Assembly: GCA_030141605.1 (NCBI GenBank)
Contig: JAQGDQ010001053.1
Location: 1 to 64,000 of the forward strand
DNA length: 64,000 nt
Direction of reading: 5' to 3'
Origin: Tubiluchus corallicola
Lineage: Eukaryota > Animalia > Priapulida
Below, piece by piece: positions 1 to 13,799 of the stretch. The position numbers and the translations under genes were made by a program. Below the pieces are notes generated by a model, which was given only the letters and a program-made list of their open reading frames with translations, searched no databases and had not been told where the DNA came from. Each line of letters begins with the position of its first letter. Position 1 is the first letter of the stretch.

Positions 1-2158
1 CACGTTTGACACCTCATGCGTGAGCACAGTGGCAAATTTAAAATTCGAGTTTTTATCTAAAACTTGCTTAAGTTTTAGTACAACACACTAAGTATTTTAC
101 AGAAGGATTGTACTTGAATTTTCGTTATGTCCCCAGAGTAATCAACAAGGCAAATGATATTTGATTGGCTGCTAGGTAGTCTTTCCCAAAGTTCCCCTCT
201 TGCCCAAAAACGGCTAAAATAAATTGGTCCTGCTAGAGTTGACTCGAAAATGAGGGAACCAAATACAAATTTGCTAAAGTCTCTGCCATCTCCTGTCTGG
301 GCTGACCAATTTGAGAGAAATCAGCAGACAATGTAACCTGAGCAATCATTTACCTGCATTCACCTACCTGGTATTTCAACCAATGACAACCCCAATGAAT
401 CATTTTTCCTCTCAACAGTCAACTTACCGAGCTCTGTCCACTTTTCAAATGTAAATTTTGGGCATGGCTTCTTATTTCAGTAAACTTTCTACTTGTAATT
501 TAGCTTACACCTGTAAAATGCACCCACTATTTTATTGCATTAGGAATTCTGAGTATAAATTTTTGCAGAAACATAACGAGAAGTTTCAGTGAAGAAACCT
601 GTTTTTGGCAACCTGACTTGTGGCAGACATTTTATCCTCTGCTGAATGATAGTCTTACACAGTTGGAATTGAAACTTGCATGCTGGCAAACATTCCACTG
701 AAGTCTCACCATTTAGTTGTACCACTGGAATCGTTAGCTGTTGCCTAAGGCTGAACAATTAAGCCTACAGATGGGACTGGTTGCAGCCCGTATTTTTCTG
801 TATTAACTTAAAATGCTCTTGCCCCATAAATAAATAAATAAATCTCTCTTTACAGCACTTTAGGTTCGCAAAATCGTAATTAAAGGTACAGCAATAAAAC
901 CTGCCAATAAAGTAAAACTTAAACGAATCAATATTTCATCTAAAGTCAACCGACTAAAAGAAAATCTCTAACTCTACTAAATAATTTTGTAGCCTCGTGC
1001 ACAGACTAATGATATTTGAAATTATGCAACAAAAACTGTTATCTTCCTTTTGCACTGCATTTGAAAATCTTGTTGTCACGTTGCGGAAGGCATTATTCAG
1101 CTTTCCTTTATTGTGTTAACTCCATTCAAAGTGGGAGGATTGATTTTAAAGGGAGGGGGTGGAGGTTTTTGCCCTATTATGTGCTTAAACTTTCGTTCCC
1201 TAAAGGACTCAGAACATGTTACGCGAATTTTATTTTAAAGACTCTTCAAGATAAAAACATCTATAAATCGAAATTCAATCATCTTACCTGAACGAAATTC
1301 ACAGATCCTACCTTCTGATTAACTGAAATTTAAATATTTCCCTATTTCACCTGTGCAAAATCTATAAAAACAAGTGCAACATTCTTATTCCTTGTGTTCA
1401 GGGGTTACTGGTATTAGTTTGAGTGCCAAACAAGGACAAGCCTGATCCCTTTATGATCCTGTCTCCTAACTGTTTGGGTGCCAATGTGAAGTAACCTCTC
1501 AAAGGTAGATTCCTTTTTTATGTTTTGTGTTTAGCCCAGCTAGTTGTTCATTTCGATTAAAAAATTCTTTCTTACATTAACATTTTAATTTTACAAAATC
1601 ACTAAATTATGGGCGGGGCTTATGCCACTTAATCAATGCTAATTAATGTGTCCCAGGCATTTGGTTCACTAATCTCGTTTCAGGATGAGGTACTCAAACC
1701 ATGGCGTCTCGCCCACTGATAGCTCTGGTTGAAACCATCCAGGGGCTACTACAACTACCCTGGTGGCAAGTACTGACGACAGAACAGTAGTTATAGCTAC
1801 TTTATGTGTTTCACTTAATGCATTTTTGATTAAGTATAACAATATTTCTTTTACAAATTATCATTACCAAACGAATTAAAATGAAGAAAACATAATTATG
1901 TTAATGAATAATTAAACTAGAATTGTAAATAAGGTGAGTGAGCTTTAAACAATCAATAAGTAATCGACAAACGGGATGGACAGTCACCAACTTGTGAATG
2001 AATGAACAAATGAACGAATGAAATTTAATGAATATGATATTATTATAGAAAATTAAGTTATGTAAAAAATTGTTTAGTTAAAACTCTTGAGTAATGAATT
2101 TGTGAGCATTGATGTAGACACGGTGCCTCATTGCAAGTAGTTTACTAAACAAGCTTAC

Positions 2159-2287
2159 CTGGATGAGAGAGAACCGCAACACGATCCCAATTATGTATAA
2201 GATCGGCCACAGAACCTGCTGAGCTTCTCATCGCCCGTAAATTCACTTCAAATGAGTAAGTGCCTGATATAGGCGCCTTGAATTTTC
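2159..2287 (-). CDS. A1 C1q domain exon 2
   Basis: cacag|GKFKAPISGTYSFEVNLRAMRSSAGSVADLIHNWDRVAVLSHP|gtaagc; carries the G-x-F-x-A-P-x-x-G-x-Y-x-F C1q signature. Confidence 0.88.
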
Positions 2288-5200
2288 CTGTGAAGTAAAA
2301 AACCAAATTAATGTTTATATTTTTATCTAATTTATAAATTTAACTAAAAAGCATCCAAAAGTTAATCCAAAGCTGCACATATGTGATCTTTGTTCTTTGT
2401 TGTGTAATGTAATGTAAAATTTATTCATACTATGTACTATAGTACATAAAATCTTAGTGCTGAAGAAATATATGCATTTAAAAATCAAAATATTGAACTG
2501 CTGTCTATTTGCAACAGAGGCAGGGAGGATGATACTGCAGCCATAACAGAGTTGCTTTGCAGGTTTATGCTTAAGCTAACAAATGTTTAAGCTGAAACAA
2601 AATTATTGATTCATATAATTGAATTAAATTGAATTATCGATTTATTATTAAGCATATTGCATACACAGCTTACCGAAATAACAACTCTGGAAAAAATGAC
2701 ACAGGTGGCTCGTTTGTTGCAAAACATGTGAGTGTAAATAGAGCTGGATAAGAGAACACAACTGACCACTGACAAGGGTCTACAGTACACCTTCCCATTT
2801 CATAAGCTCCCTTTGTGCAGGTGATTACTTTTTTTACTACTAGACAGTCAGAATTTCAATCTGTTCTAGGTAAAGGCACATTCACACTTGAGGGTTTACT
2901 GTAACAATATTTAATTTCATTTTTTTTAAATTTAATTTCAATTTTTTTTCATTAGCCTACTCCATCACTGAGTTTGTTCCCCGTTCACGCCCCCTCAATC
3001 CAGACAAGAAAGTAAGAATCACCACCCGCAGAGGCTAAAATGCAAAACAGACCGAAAAACGTAGTCTTAGAGAAAAACAATTATGTGAAACGATTACTGA
3101 ATTCGAAATTAAAAGTTGAAAATAATCTCATTTCCTTGTTCAATTAAGTTAAAGTCAATCGTCGTATTTCACATAATAACAGTTTTTTTATAACAGCAAA
3201 TCAACTTAGAAAACTACCAACAAAGTATGGCTCAGCTGTTTCTGTAGAGTATGTAAAAATAAATGTAATAAATGCAATTAGATCATCCATTATCCATCAA
3301 GCAATTCATACGATCTGCATTACGTAATGGTTCATCAGTATGAATCATCATAGCTTGACAGGTAACAGAGACATCAACTGCAATAGTAAAGTGTGAACTA
3401 GCCTTTAGCCAGTCAATGCAGTTTTAATACTACGGCTGTACACCTTGGTTAGGTAACTTCCCTGTAAAATACGAATGCTAGTGTTCTTGTCAAACGCACA
3501 GGTAATTTCACGATTTTTTGTAGCTAATCCAGCATAAAAATTATTCAACATAAGTATTGGCCTCTGTGATGAAAAATGGTGCAACAGATGGAAAAAGTAG
3601 TAAGTATTGTATTTGTAAGGCCATCTTAATTTGTACCGAGAACAAACATTTTTGCAAGACAAATCTGCATCATTGATAAAAATCAGCATCTTTGATAACT
3701 TCGTTTGTAAAGTTCAAATGCAAATGTCACTTAGCACCCCATGATCAGTAACAACATTAGCTTGAAAAAAATAATTTTAGCACATTGCTGTGCTTGGCTG
3801 AACTTAATGCTGGTCAGTGGTCAAAGTCACTCCAGTTCACAAGGTTCACAAAACCTTGTTGTGAAGGTAAAAATAGGACCATGAAAGAAAGGAAATTAAG
3901 CAAAACAAATAACATGAATCTGATAACAAATCATTTTCATACGTTGATATACAGGGATTACGATTATCTCCTGTAAATAATTATATGAATTCAAGCAGTT
4001 CTCTGATTGTAAACTGAAGGGTTGTCTTCCAAAAAAGTTCCTGGTATGCTAATATAGGGCTTAGCTAAGGATGGATTATGTCCCTTTGGAGCACCTAGGC
4101 TAAATAACTTTTAAAAACTTTGCATATAAAATTAACGCGAAGGCCTATCTAAACACAACCATGGTGAAAAAGCATATTTTTATAACCAGCATTATGACAA
4201 TAAAACAATAAAAATAAATAAGCTTGTCATATTGATATCATTTCAGTTCATGAAACAATTTGAAAGCTTTAACATTTGGAAATTTAAAATCGTTGTTTTA
4301 TAAAAATCCTAAGATTCAAATATGTTGAACTAAGATCAATCATGCTGTCTATATTTGAAACATAGTAAGTCAATGGAATGGGGTGCCATGATTTACAGTT
4401 AGGGCTCCACATGCACGCACGCATCAAACACACACATACGCATACACACACCCTCACATATACACATGCAAGCACGTATGTTCTATTAATTTACAGCATT
4501 CTCAAATCAAAACCCTAATGAAGCTCTTAGTAGGCTGAAACGCGTCTAGAACGATAATAAAAATAATAAAAATGCTAGAGAAATCTTATCATGCCGAAAA
4601 TACAAGTAATTGTTTTGTATTCTGTCTGCTTTCATTAAGTATAACGTTATTTTACAATTATATGAAAGTAACAATGTTCTAGGGAGGATCATTGCTCCCA
4701 CATCTGAAACGCTGTTTCCTTGTTATTATTTCAATAAAACCTTTTTTAACACTGAAAATGGGTGATAATGATAATCAATACAACAGATTATCAGAATTCC
4801 ACACAGTTATAGCAAGGAATGTGAGGTGAATTTTTCCTGTATGATTTTCCAATAAATCCTGCTAGGACGTTATAGTTGTGTGGAATGAAATGTCAGCCAG
4901 AAAATTTCAATAATGTTTAGATAGTATGATGATAGAAGCAAATATTATATTATTTTCTTGTTGGGATGCATTGTTAACTTATAGCAAATCACATACCAGT
5001 AGACGACGAATAAACGTTTCCATGATTGATTCGGCTCTGTGTGAATTTTATAATAAATCCTGTGTATCCATAGCTGGTTTCTGGGTAATGAACAGAGAAA
5101 GCAAATGCTGAAATGAAAATGTTACTTATCATCATTATCATCAGGAGCTGGTCAATATTATTATGTCAACACAGTCAAAGATGTTTCCACAATTATCACC

Positions 5201-8200
5201 ATCCTTTCCATTATCCAGGGTAATTTGGTACCAACAACATGGATTAGCCACAATCTATTCAGTACATCAATCATTGTGAACTCATATCAATACGTTCTTA
5301 AACATCATTGTGCCGTCAATGGCGACTCAACATGAAGGGCTGAACTTTGTAACCCAGGATGGTTTGCCCTAAAAATAGGACAGGAATAGGAGGAGGCATA
5401 AACAAAACTACAACTAAGAAAGAATTGAGACTACATGAAATTGGCCAAAGAGAAACAAGATCAGTGAATTATGGTGGATATTGAAATGTTTTTTTTAATT
5501 TACAGCTGACATGTTTGCATTAATGCTATTCTGCTACGTCTTGCTGTATTTGTTTGTATTTATGGTATCAGGATGAGCAAATGGGCTAATAAAGTCCTCT
5601 GTTGTTCTATGAACAGTTTCGCTCTGTCGAGTTGCTCACATCAACCCTCAGTGACTCATGCCAGTTATTCTGGATATTGCTAGATTTGTTCATAACATGC
5701 ATTGAAAGTGAAGCACAAAGGGGAAAGTAAAACATATTAGCCAACCAGGTCAGAGGCTTAGAGACCGTTTGCAGGAAGTAAGGCAACAATGCTTGTTGCA
5801 CTAGAGAGAATTAAAAATGAATTTGCAAAAATGAAAATATAAATTAAAGTAATCAGATTGTAAGCTAAGAAAAGGGTTAACACAAACTTTTGAGTTGTAG
5901 TTTTTTAGTGAATATTTTCTGGAAGCATTACTGTGTAATTGAGGTACCCCCACGAGACCTTCAAAACAACAAGGCTAGTGACACTAAAACTTTTATAGAT
6001 AACAAAGTGATGTGAAAATAAGAATAATAAAAATTGTCTCAAGGAAGGATTACTCATTTGGATATTGATGATATGTGAAAGATCAGTGCACTGGCTTCAT
6101 TTAAAATCACAGGTAAATATTAAAAAAATCTACATATTCAGTGATGCTAAAAGTATCAGATTCTATATAGAGAAACGTAAAACTTACGCTTCACAGAAAT
6201 GTCTATTATCTTTGACGTTACTGAGCCAAGAGCGTTTGTTGCCACACACTCGTATTTTCCTGTATCTCGACTCCTCACGTCATGTCTTGTAAGAACATCG
6301 CCTGTGTCAGGTAAAATATTGCGATCTAGTTTCCAGGTGAAGGTTGGTGGTGGATTAGCATCAGCTTCACATTTCAGCTTCAATGTTGATAACATCACAA
6401 TCTTTGTACTTCCAGTAATAATGCTGAGATTTGCAGTGCGTGGTTTGTCTAATAAAAATGTACCATAAAATTTTACTCAGGATATTAAACACGGAGCTTT
6501 ACATAAAAACACGTATATAGAGTCTTATATGAAAAACAGGTACTTCTACTCAAACGTGCTAGGTAGGAATTAAGTAATTAAATTTCTTGTTTGCTGAGGG
6601 ATTATATCCATAAAAGTCAACAACCCAGGTTAGTATAACAAGGCGAGTGGCATGGTTGAACGGGTTTTCCCCATGTTACAACAATGTCAGACATTTTTAT
6701 AACTAATTTATAACTAACTTATAACTATACCTAATGTATAGGCGTTTTAGAGAGTACTTTTATAGTACAAAACTGCGCAGTGATAAATAGAGAAATCAGT
6801 TCTGACAATTCTGACTGTAATTCAATATGACGTCTAACAAAGAACAATTGTTGTAAATAATTTACAACCACATCTTGATGAGAATTGTTCATATTTCCCT
6901 TCACAGCAGAAAGCAGCTAGAAAGAGCTCAGCGAATGAAACCACTAAAACTAGCTGGTTTCAAACACTGGTGCTTCGTCACCAATTCACTAGCAAACATG
7001 CACAAAGCCAAATTTGTACGTGTAAAAAACATAAAACATTTTAGTGTTTAGATTACTTACAAAGAACATTTAGAGAAATATCCGGAATAGAAACATTCAG
7101 GGTACGATCTGTTAGGTAACATCTGATGATCTTTCCATTGTCACCCTCTATGCCAGGTGAAAATACATGTCTCAAGGTGCTAGTTGAGGTCACAAGTTGT
7201 GTTGTGCTATCAGTCAAGTTTTCTTGGCCAGCAGAAGACGTTATGTCTTCTTCACCTAAATGACGTAAAAGAAGCAAAATAATAACATTAATGTTTTCAG
7301 TAGATTATTAGTCAATTTGACTTCTGACAGGGCTACAAAATTCAGCTAAACATTCTAAGTCTGACAGGGCTAGGAAAATTCAGCTAATTATTCTAATTCT
7401 GACAAGACTCAAAAAGTTAGATAAACATTTTAAGTTTAACAGAAAATTCAATTAAACATTGACAAGTTTTAATATCATCGTGTATCATCATGTATCATCG
7501 TGTATTGAGCCTCTCGTCTTATGTCTCTCATATGTTATAAATGACAAAAATGCACACACATTTGGCACACTGCTTTCAATCGCTTTCTTGACAACCAATA
7601 TGAAATCTTCCTTACTACTGGTGGTTCTTTAAACTATAGTCTTATAAGGCTGTGAATTCCCTTGACAGCATCACTACTAAGACTTCTGCAAACTAGGACG
7701 GTTTCGATTGAACCGCAAAAAAAATTTATATGATTAAAGAGAAAATTTCATAAGCTTCCTAAGTGTCTCTAATGCAATAAATTTTATTTCATTCTCGCTT
7801 GCAACAGTCACTAAAATTTCAGGTTACCAGGTGTGCGTAAGAAAGGACATTGCAGGTGACAGATTGTAAGTGAATTTTGTTGACTGTTTCAGCTACAGTT
7901 TATTTGACACTAAAGTTGATGGTTATTTTGCTGTAGTTGATACTAATGCAAAGAATTGTTCTACCTTCAAAACCATCATAAACGATATGCCTACATGAGT
8001 GCTCTAAGAATGGTAATAAGACGTCAGTGCTTAGGTGTGCATTATAAGAGCATGCTAAAGATCAAACAGAAAACGTCAAAGCAGATAAGAAAGTGAATTG
8101 ATAATTGTTAAGTAACTGATGAGACAATGCCAGTCTCACTATGCACTGAACGACAACTTTAATTTTTTAAATCTTTTGTTACTTTTTGACAGCATTTTAC

Positions 8201-10566
8201 AATATGAGCCTTTTCTCAGTTTCATAGTCTTCGTATGCAGTTGCTGTAGGTCAAAGGTTAAGTGTACCACAGCTGTACAACTGCCATATCTACAGCAGTC
8301 AGGTGATGTGTGGGTAATGCAAATCCGTCTGTCGTGTCAGTTTAGTACCTACAGTTATTTCACCTGGCAAGATCTTGCTTGAGAACAAGAAAAATGAATC
8401 AGGTAAGGTTCTAGTTAGCTGTTAAAACGTTTACTACAGTATTAACATAACATGGACTGCGAGATGTTGTCAAGTGTACACAAATGCGTTGTCTGGTATA
8501 CTCATCCTTTGACGTTTTCATATTCATCATCAATCATTGGAACTGTGAAAAGGCTTATTAATGTCAAACAGTGGCAAGTATTTGTATATGTGTGTGTGTG
8601 GGAGGAGGGTGTGTGCATGCGTGCGTGCGTGCGTGTGTTGCATACATGCGTGCATCTGAGTATTTTCAAAATTTGCTTATGAAATATGCAAGTTTTAATT
8701 GCTAAACGAAACCAAATTGATAACTAGAACAGTTTCAATCCTTTTAGAAACCAAATAAATTCAGAGCAATTACTTATTCTCTGCCTTTATGCACGTGATA
8801 AAAATAATGGCCTCGAAATTGTTTTGATTATCATAATTGCAAAAAGTTTGGTGGCTAAAAATGGCTGCTAAGTTTCTGTCTTCTTGCTTTTCCCCTCCTA
8901 ATATATTTTTGCCTTAAAAAAATCCTAGCACAAGTATTGAAAAACCATCGTCTCAACTATAATGTACATTTGTATTAGAGAAATCAAAGAAAGTTTAGAA
9001 ATTTCTCAAAATAAATCAATTTTAAACACAAAGGATACTGCAATTCTATTAACTCATCTAATTCATAGCTTACTACAAATAATTGTAGTAAACTGGTCCT
9101 GTACAGTATAAAATACAACAACCAGCTAACGAAAAATAAAGTCACAATTGACTAGAGGGAATTCCTGACATGTTTATGTGAATTTTAGTAATTTTTGTCT
9201 TTCATAAGCAAGGACAAAGGTTTCTGATTTGACTAGTTTATGAGAATACCGGAAATATAACAGTAAATAAGTGATTTAAGACAATGCTGAACATAATTCA
9301 CTTACCCAAGTACCACTTAATTTCAGGAGTTGGATTGACGTCTGCAATGATACATTTGAATATTTCATCTGGACTGCTGGCCCTGACAGTGACCTGATTC
9401 GTCAATATTTCTTCGTCATTTAACAACATCTTCACTTCCTTTGGTTTTACTGTTAAACAAGAAAAATAAAAAAAGATATATGATTATAGTAAAACAAAAT
9501 CAATTAATTGAAGGTGGGTTAATTAACGTCAAATTGTAATTTGTTCAATGCGTTTTGCATCAACTCAATTTTCAATGCACAAGAATTATGAATTTCAGTT
9601 TTTGATAAGATATGTATGATACTATCATTACCAAAACACTAGACAACAAACTGACTCATTTCTTTTGATTAATATTTAGCAATGAAAATGGCATTTGTTG
9701 CAAACAATTATTTTCATTGAATAAACAACATGTTGGACCAGAAGCTATTTAATGTAAATTTGACGTTAAGAATATGCACACATAGCTGCATTTTATGAAT
9801 TCAGAAATATGTACATTGTAAAATCAAAAATCTGAATAACATTAGTAATTAACCAATTCTGTGTTTCTTAGAGCCCAATGTGAATTTGTGACTTGAGAAA
9901 AGATTTGTGATTTTAGTTTTAAAATTTATCAAATATTTCATACAAAGACTGCAAGCTGATCTTGAAAAAGAGGCAGACATTAACCATAAATGTGCGAATA
10001 CTATTAAAAACCTTTCTAGCTAAAATTTAGCACTTAATTTATTAAATTTATTTTGTGTATTTTATGTTAACCAAATTAGTCATAATTTACCATCTTGATT
10101 CTTGATAATTTATCAACAATGCAAACCTGATTAATAATGTTAGGAATCTTCATATGCCCAATGTGAATGTCCACTATTGACATAAAGAGTAGTCGTCATG
10201 ATCTTGCATACATTCTGTAAAATATGTCTATTATCTATAATATTATCTTACCAGTTACAGTTAGTTTTGCTGCATCAGAATCAAGCACAAGGTCAGGTAA
10301 TTTAAATAACTGACACATGTAGGTTCCATCATCTAAGACACTGACATCATCAATTCGAATACTGTGTAATCCCTGTAACTGTGGGTTGTAGCTGTACTTG
10401 TAAGAAATTCTTCCAGTAATAGGAAGAACTTTCCCGTCTTTGAACCAGGTAACTTTGTAACCCTGCACAGGTACCAGAGTCATGTTGATTCTGCATTCAA
10501 ATTCTGCTGTTAAACCTTGCAATACTTGCGTACTGGAAGGCTGCATAGTGAAATATTCACTTGCAC
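2159..10566 (-). CDS. Gene A1: Ig(V)-Ig(C2)-Ig(I)-C1q protein (QREP-like architecture), 6 coding exons in window; last C1q exon falls left of the window; leader exon defective
   Basis: Exons 10252-10566, 9306-9449, 7061-7255, 6188-6448, 4997-5107, 2159-2287. All are AG/GT bounded, phase 1-1, and join into one open frame. Exon-for-exon paralogue of A2. Confidence 0.85.
4997..5107 (-). CDS. A1 C1q domain exon 1
   Basis: tttcag|PFAFSVHYPETSYGYTGFIIKFTQSRINHGNVYSSST|gtatgt; AF...I-x-F...N-x-G-x-x-Y-x-x-x-T-G C1q N-terminal motif. Confidence 0.85.
6188..6448 (-). CDS. A1 third Ig domain exon (I/C2-set)
   Basis: YKP...LKCEADANPPPTFTW...DTGKYECVATNALG; 261 bp phase 1-1 exon. Confidence 0.92.
7061..7255 (-). 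CDS. A1 second Ig domain, C-terminal half (CD80-like C2)
   Basis: GEEDITS...VTSTSTL...DNGKIIRC...SLNVL; 195 bp phase 1-1. Confidence 0.88.
7322..7460. repeat. 37-bp minisatellite (about 3.5 units), intronic in A1
   Basis: Unit TCTGACAGGGCTAGAAAATTCAGCTAAACATTCTAAG; paralogous array at 40394-40700. Confidence 0.8.
9306..9449 (-). CDS. A1 second Ig domain, N-terminal half
   Basis: VKPKEVKMLLNDEEILTNQVTVRASSPDEIFKCIIADVNPTPEIKWYL; 144 bp phase 1-1. Confidence 0.88.
10252..10566 (-). CDS. A1 N-terminal Ig domain (V/I-set)
   Basis: FTMQP...AEFEC...VTWFKDG...HSIRIDDVSVLDDGTYMC...AKLTV; 315 bp phase 1-1. Confidence 0.92.
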
Positions 10567-10849
10567 CTGTAAATAACGGGAACAATAATATTAGTATTCA
10601 GTGGTAAATTTGGAAGTGATCCTAAAATGCCACAGGCATAGAAATTGTTTTTTTTGTTAATTATCCCTAGACTCAAATTAATGGATTGCAACGCCACAGT
10701 TAGTTATCTCGGAAAGAAATTGAAAACATGAAAATTTTGAAAAAATGTTTTGAGAGGAGTAAGTGCTTCCCTCTTAACGCAGCAATGTAATTAGTGGATA
10801 AAAGGTTGGCAATACAGCATAATTATAAATATTCACCAACATCTTACAA

Positions 10850-10995
10850 AAGCCAACGTCTTCTGAAACATTGACGTCATCAATTCTAATACTGTAAAAA
10901 CTGTCTCTGTTTGGTTGTTGTCTTTCCATTTTTGAACCTGATGATCGGCAGCTACTTCTTTGATGTCGTAATAACTGCCATTGGCCTACGTCACA
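10850..10995 (-). pseudogene. Degenerate duplicate of the Ig V exon
   Basis: Relics RFKNGK and YSIRIDDVNVSEDVG in different frames, matching WFKDGK and HSIRIDDVSVLDDG of the adjacent exon. Confidence 0.6.
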
Positions 10996-11037
10996 CACGT
11001 CACATTCGTCATATATACGACAAATTTAATAGCTTAC

Positions 11038-11204
11038 CTGTTGTAGATCTGTTACTTGCAGACGATGACATTTCCAATGATGGTGAGAATACTGAAGTTG
11101 ATTCCTTAGGAACTTGTTTTGACACCTGGGTAAAGGTACTGATGAGACGGTAGCTGATGTTTATTTGTCTGAGTGGCTCAGGTCAAGATGTTCACTTGTT
11201 GCTG
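11038..11204 (-). pseudogene. Degenerate Ser/Thr-rich linker exon (or alternative first coding exon MSSSASNRSTT)
   Basis: Good ctttag acceptor and cag|gtaagc donor. It is 167 bp, one base short of a symmetric exon, with an internal stop. Its 3' frame ESTSVFSPSLEMSSSASNRSTT is in phase with the Ig V exon. Confidence 0.45.
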
Positions 11205-13085
11205 CTAAAGAAAAACAAGTAAAAATTACAAGAAAAAAGTTACGTGGGGTACAACTAGAACTTTTTGACAGCGTTCTGTACCACAATTGCGTTTTGTGCT
11301 GCAATTTACAAAAAGATTGCAGTTATGTGACGTTATGTATCTGAAAGTGACATTATTTGAATTTCTGTTTCACATGTAAATTTGATGCACATTGTAGAAA
11401 TTTCACTTTAAAGATTTTCACTGAATTGAAAGGCTGTGATGGGTGCTTGACATTTAGCTAAGATTTGCTATAAAGTTCCTGCCACTATTGTTGGTGATGA
11501 TATTGTTGTTGATGGTTATGATGATAATGTTAATGATAATTCTAATATTAATGATTATTTACATTTATAACTAATGAAATAAAAAATTTTATAGCAAATT
11601 TAAAAAAATAAACAAAAACCATTTTAGAAAACGAAGTTAAGGATGTGGAACACGAAACCCCTGGTTAATGGAGTAAAAAATAATAATAGCCAAAAAATAC
11701 TTCTTTCAATTTTTTGGCAAGGCACCTTTAACTGTTTTTGTTAATTAGAAAATAATTCTACGAGTTCACTAGTTCTACACTTTTAGCATTATACAATAAA
11801 GCATGTACAGTTTCACCAATGAGTATGCATGATTAGTACAAATATACACTAGAAGTAAGAAAAATACGCTTGGATCTACATCAGGTATTTCTATTTCATC
11901 ATCTAGCTCATGACGCGTAGGTCTATAAAACAGTTTTTGAAAGAGTTACTCCTCAAACTAATAATATACCAGTTAGAGTTAAAAAGAGTTTGCCCTAGAT
12001 GAAATGTTACATCACACATGTCCTCTCGCTTTGCATCCAGAATTTCATCAGATGTTTGCCCTATTTCAACCGAATGTCGCCATTTTGAATATTGTAAAAC
12101 TCAGCAAGCGAATTTATAGATAATCTAGTAACGACTTACCTTGTTAGCAATCGCTTCTAACTGCAATGTAGATCACCACTGCGTGCACTCTACAGCTTAT
12201 ATACAAGGCAGATTGTCTACAGTACACCCACAGCAAAGTTCACTTCTTATCATGCCGTTTTTACACACAAAAAGAATCACATGATTTTGGTCGTATGACT
12301 GCTGAGAGTTCAAATACAGTTCAAATTTCAGTTACCAAATATTCAGGACCCATTTTTCTTATAGCTTAAATAGGCTACACCACAGGCCCTTCAAAATTGG
12401 GGAGAGCATGCTTAAAAGATTTTTAGGTTTATTTTTTATTTCAGGAGGGTATTTTAACATTTTGCAACGATCTTTTGATTCATTTAAATCTAAACTAAAA
12501 TTTAAAAAGGAAGAAGACTGAAAGTGTAATTTTAAATATAAGCAACTATTTACACTATTGACGTGTTGAAATATGTGCTAATTTGGTTTACTATAAATAG
12601 CAAAATAGTGATAAATTTGTAAAGAATATTTTTATTGACAAACAAAGGATAGCTCTTCTGGTTTATTTAGAAAGTTTGCAACAAGTTTACTTGAAGCTTT
12701 GTACATGCCACTAAAACATATGATGAGCAAAAATATATTCAAGACGGGTGCAGACGAGTTAGTGGGTGGCTCTGTCCGAGGAGGGCCCGACAATTTCGTT
12801 GGCTTTCTCTCCCAAAAAAGTCGTAAGTATTGTAAAAAGGGGATTTATTGTCAATAATAAAAAAACAAAATAATAACATTTAACAAAGCACAAAGTCATG
12901 CCAAAGTTTACACAGAGATTTATACATATGTTAGCAAGAACAATGTGGAACATTGGTATGTCGTATGCTTCGTATATCTAGTCACTGCATCGTTTTTAGC
13001 TATAAGCTCAGTGCCGGAGGCTCTATTATAGGTAGTTTTATTCGAATCAAAAATATTTTAACGCTCTTCCTCAACCTCATCCACA

Positions 13086-13550
13086 CAGGGGCGTATTTAG
13101 AAAAAGGGCGTTTATGGAAAGCACTAGCACTGAAATTGCACCACATTGCAAACACCTGACATCAATCTATTTTTAATTTAATTTATTCTTTTCAAATATA
13201 GCCAGAGATTTTTGTATTAAGACATAGAATGAACTATTGAAAAAAGAAGAAGAAATGGATAAGCGAATTGATGAATAAATTTGTGAGGTAAATGTGTGAT
13301 AAGAATGAGATGATATACAACCAAATGCAACTCCCCTTGTTTAAATAACAGTTTATTAGCGTTTTTATAACCGTTGTTCAAGTTTATATGTATAAGATTA
13401 AGTACTAACGTGTTATGCTTCTCACACACATAAAAGGGCGTATCATCCATTTGAAGAATGTTCATTTTTTGAGAAATTGCCGAGTGGCGCCCTTTTTCAA
13501 GTGCAGCCCATGGTACCTGCCAAAACTGCCATTCCCTAGATGCCGCCGCC
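13086..13550. mobile_element. Degenerate non-autonomous DNA transposon (MITE-like)
   Basis: CAGGGGCGTA... left end and a loosely complementary GC-rich right end around an AT-rich core; no clear TSD. Confidence 0.35.
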
Positions 13551-13799
13551 TTCACAACCTCTCCCACCTCCGGGCAACCCTTGCCCTCGAAGTCTTTGAT
13601 TTTTTATTATAAGCTTAACTAGATAATTAATTAAAGTAGACTGTAAGCAACTTGTTTATTAGCAGTCCAATAATGGAAGGATTTGCTGTTTTCAACAGTT
13701 AGTTCAACTTTAAAGAGTTTCTGCTTTGCAGCTGTTTATACCTGTAATTTCCCAGCTAATATTTTTCCTAAAAAACTCGTTTCACAGAGAAAACAATAT

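Noticed and set aside
2674-2743. Possible extra exon (ttatccag...cg|gtaagc) conserved in both paralogues with a 15-bp indel
   Set aside because: At 70 bp, inclusion would frameshift the C1q domain and it encodes no recognisable motif; at most a poison exon.
3405-3689. ORF with FYAGL...FDK resembling a C1q N-terminus
   Set aside because: The paralogous region (35173-35397) has a stop and frameshifts, splice phases do not fit, and the true first C1q exon is 4997-5107.
6188-10566. Nectin/nephrin/Alr-type membrane Ig receptor
   Set aside because: No FnIII, TM or cytoplasmic exon follows; the third Ig splices in phase to C1q exons.
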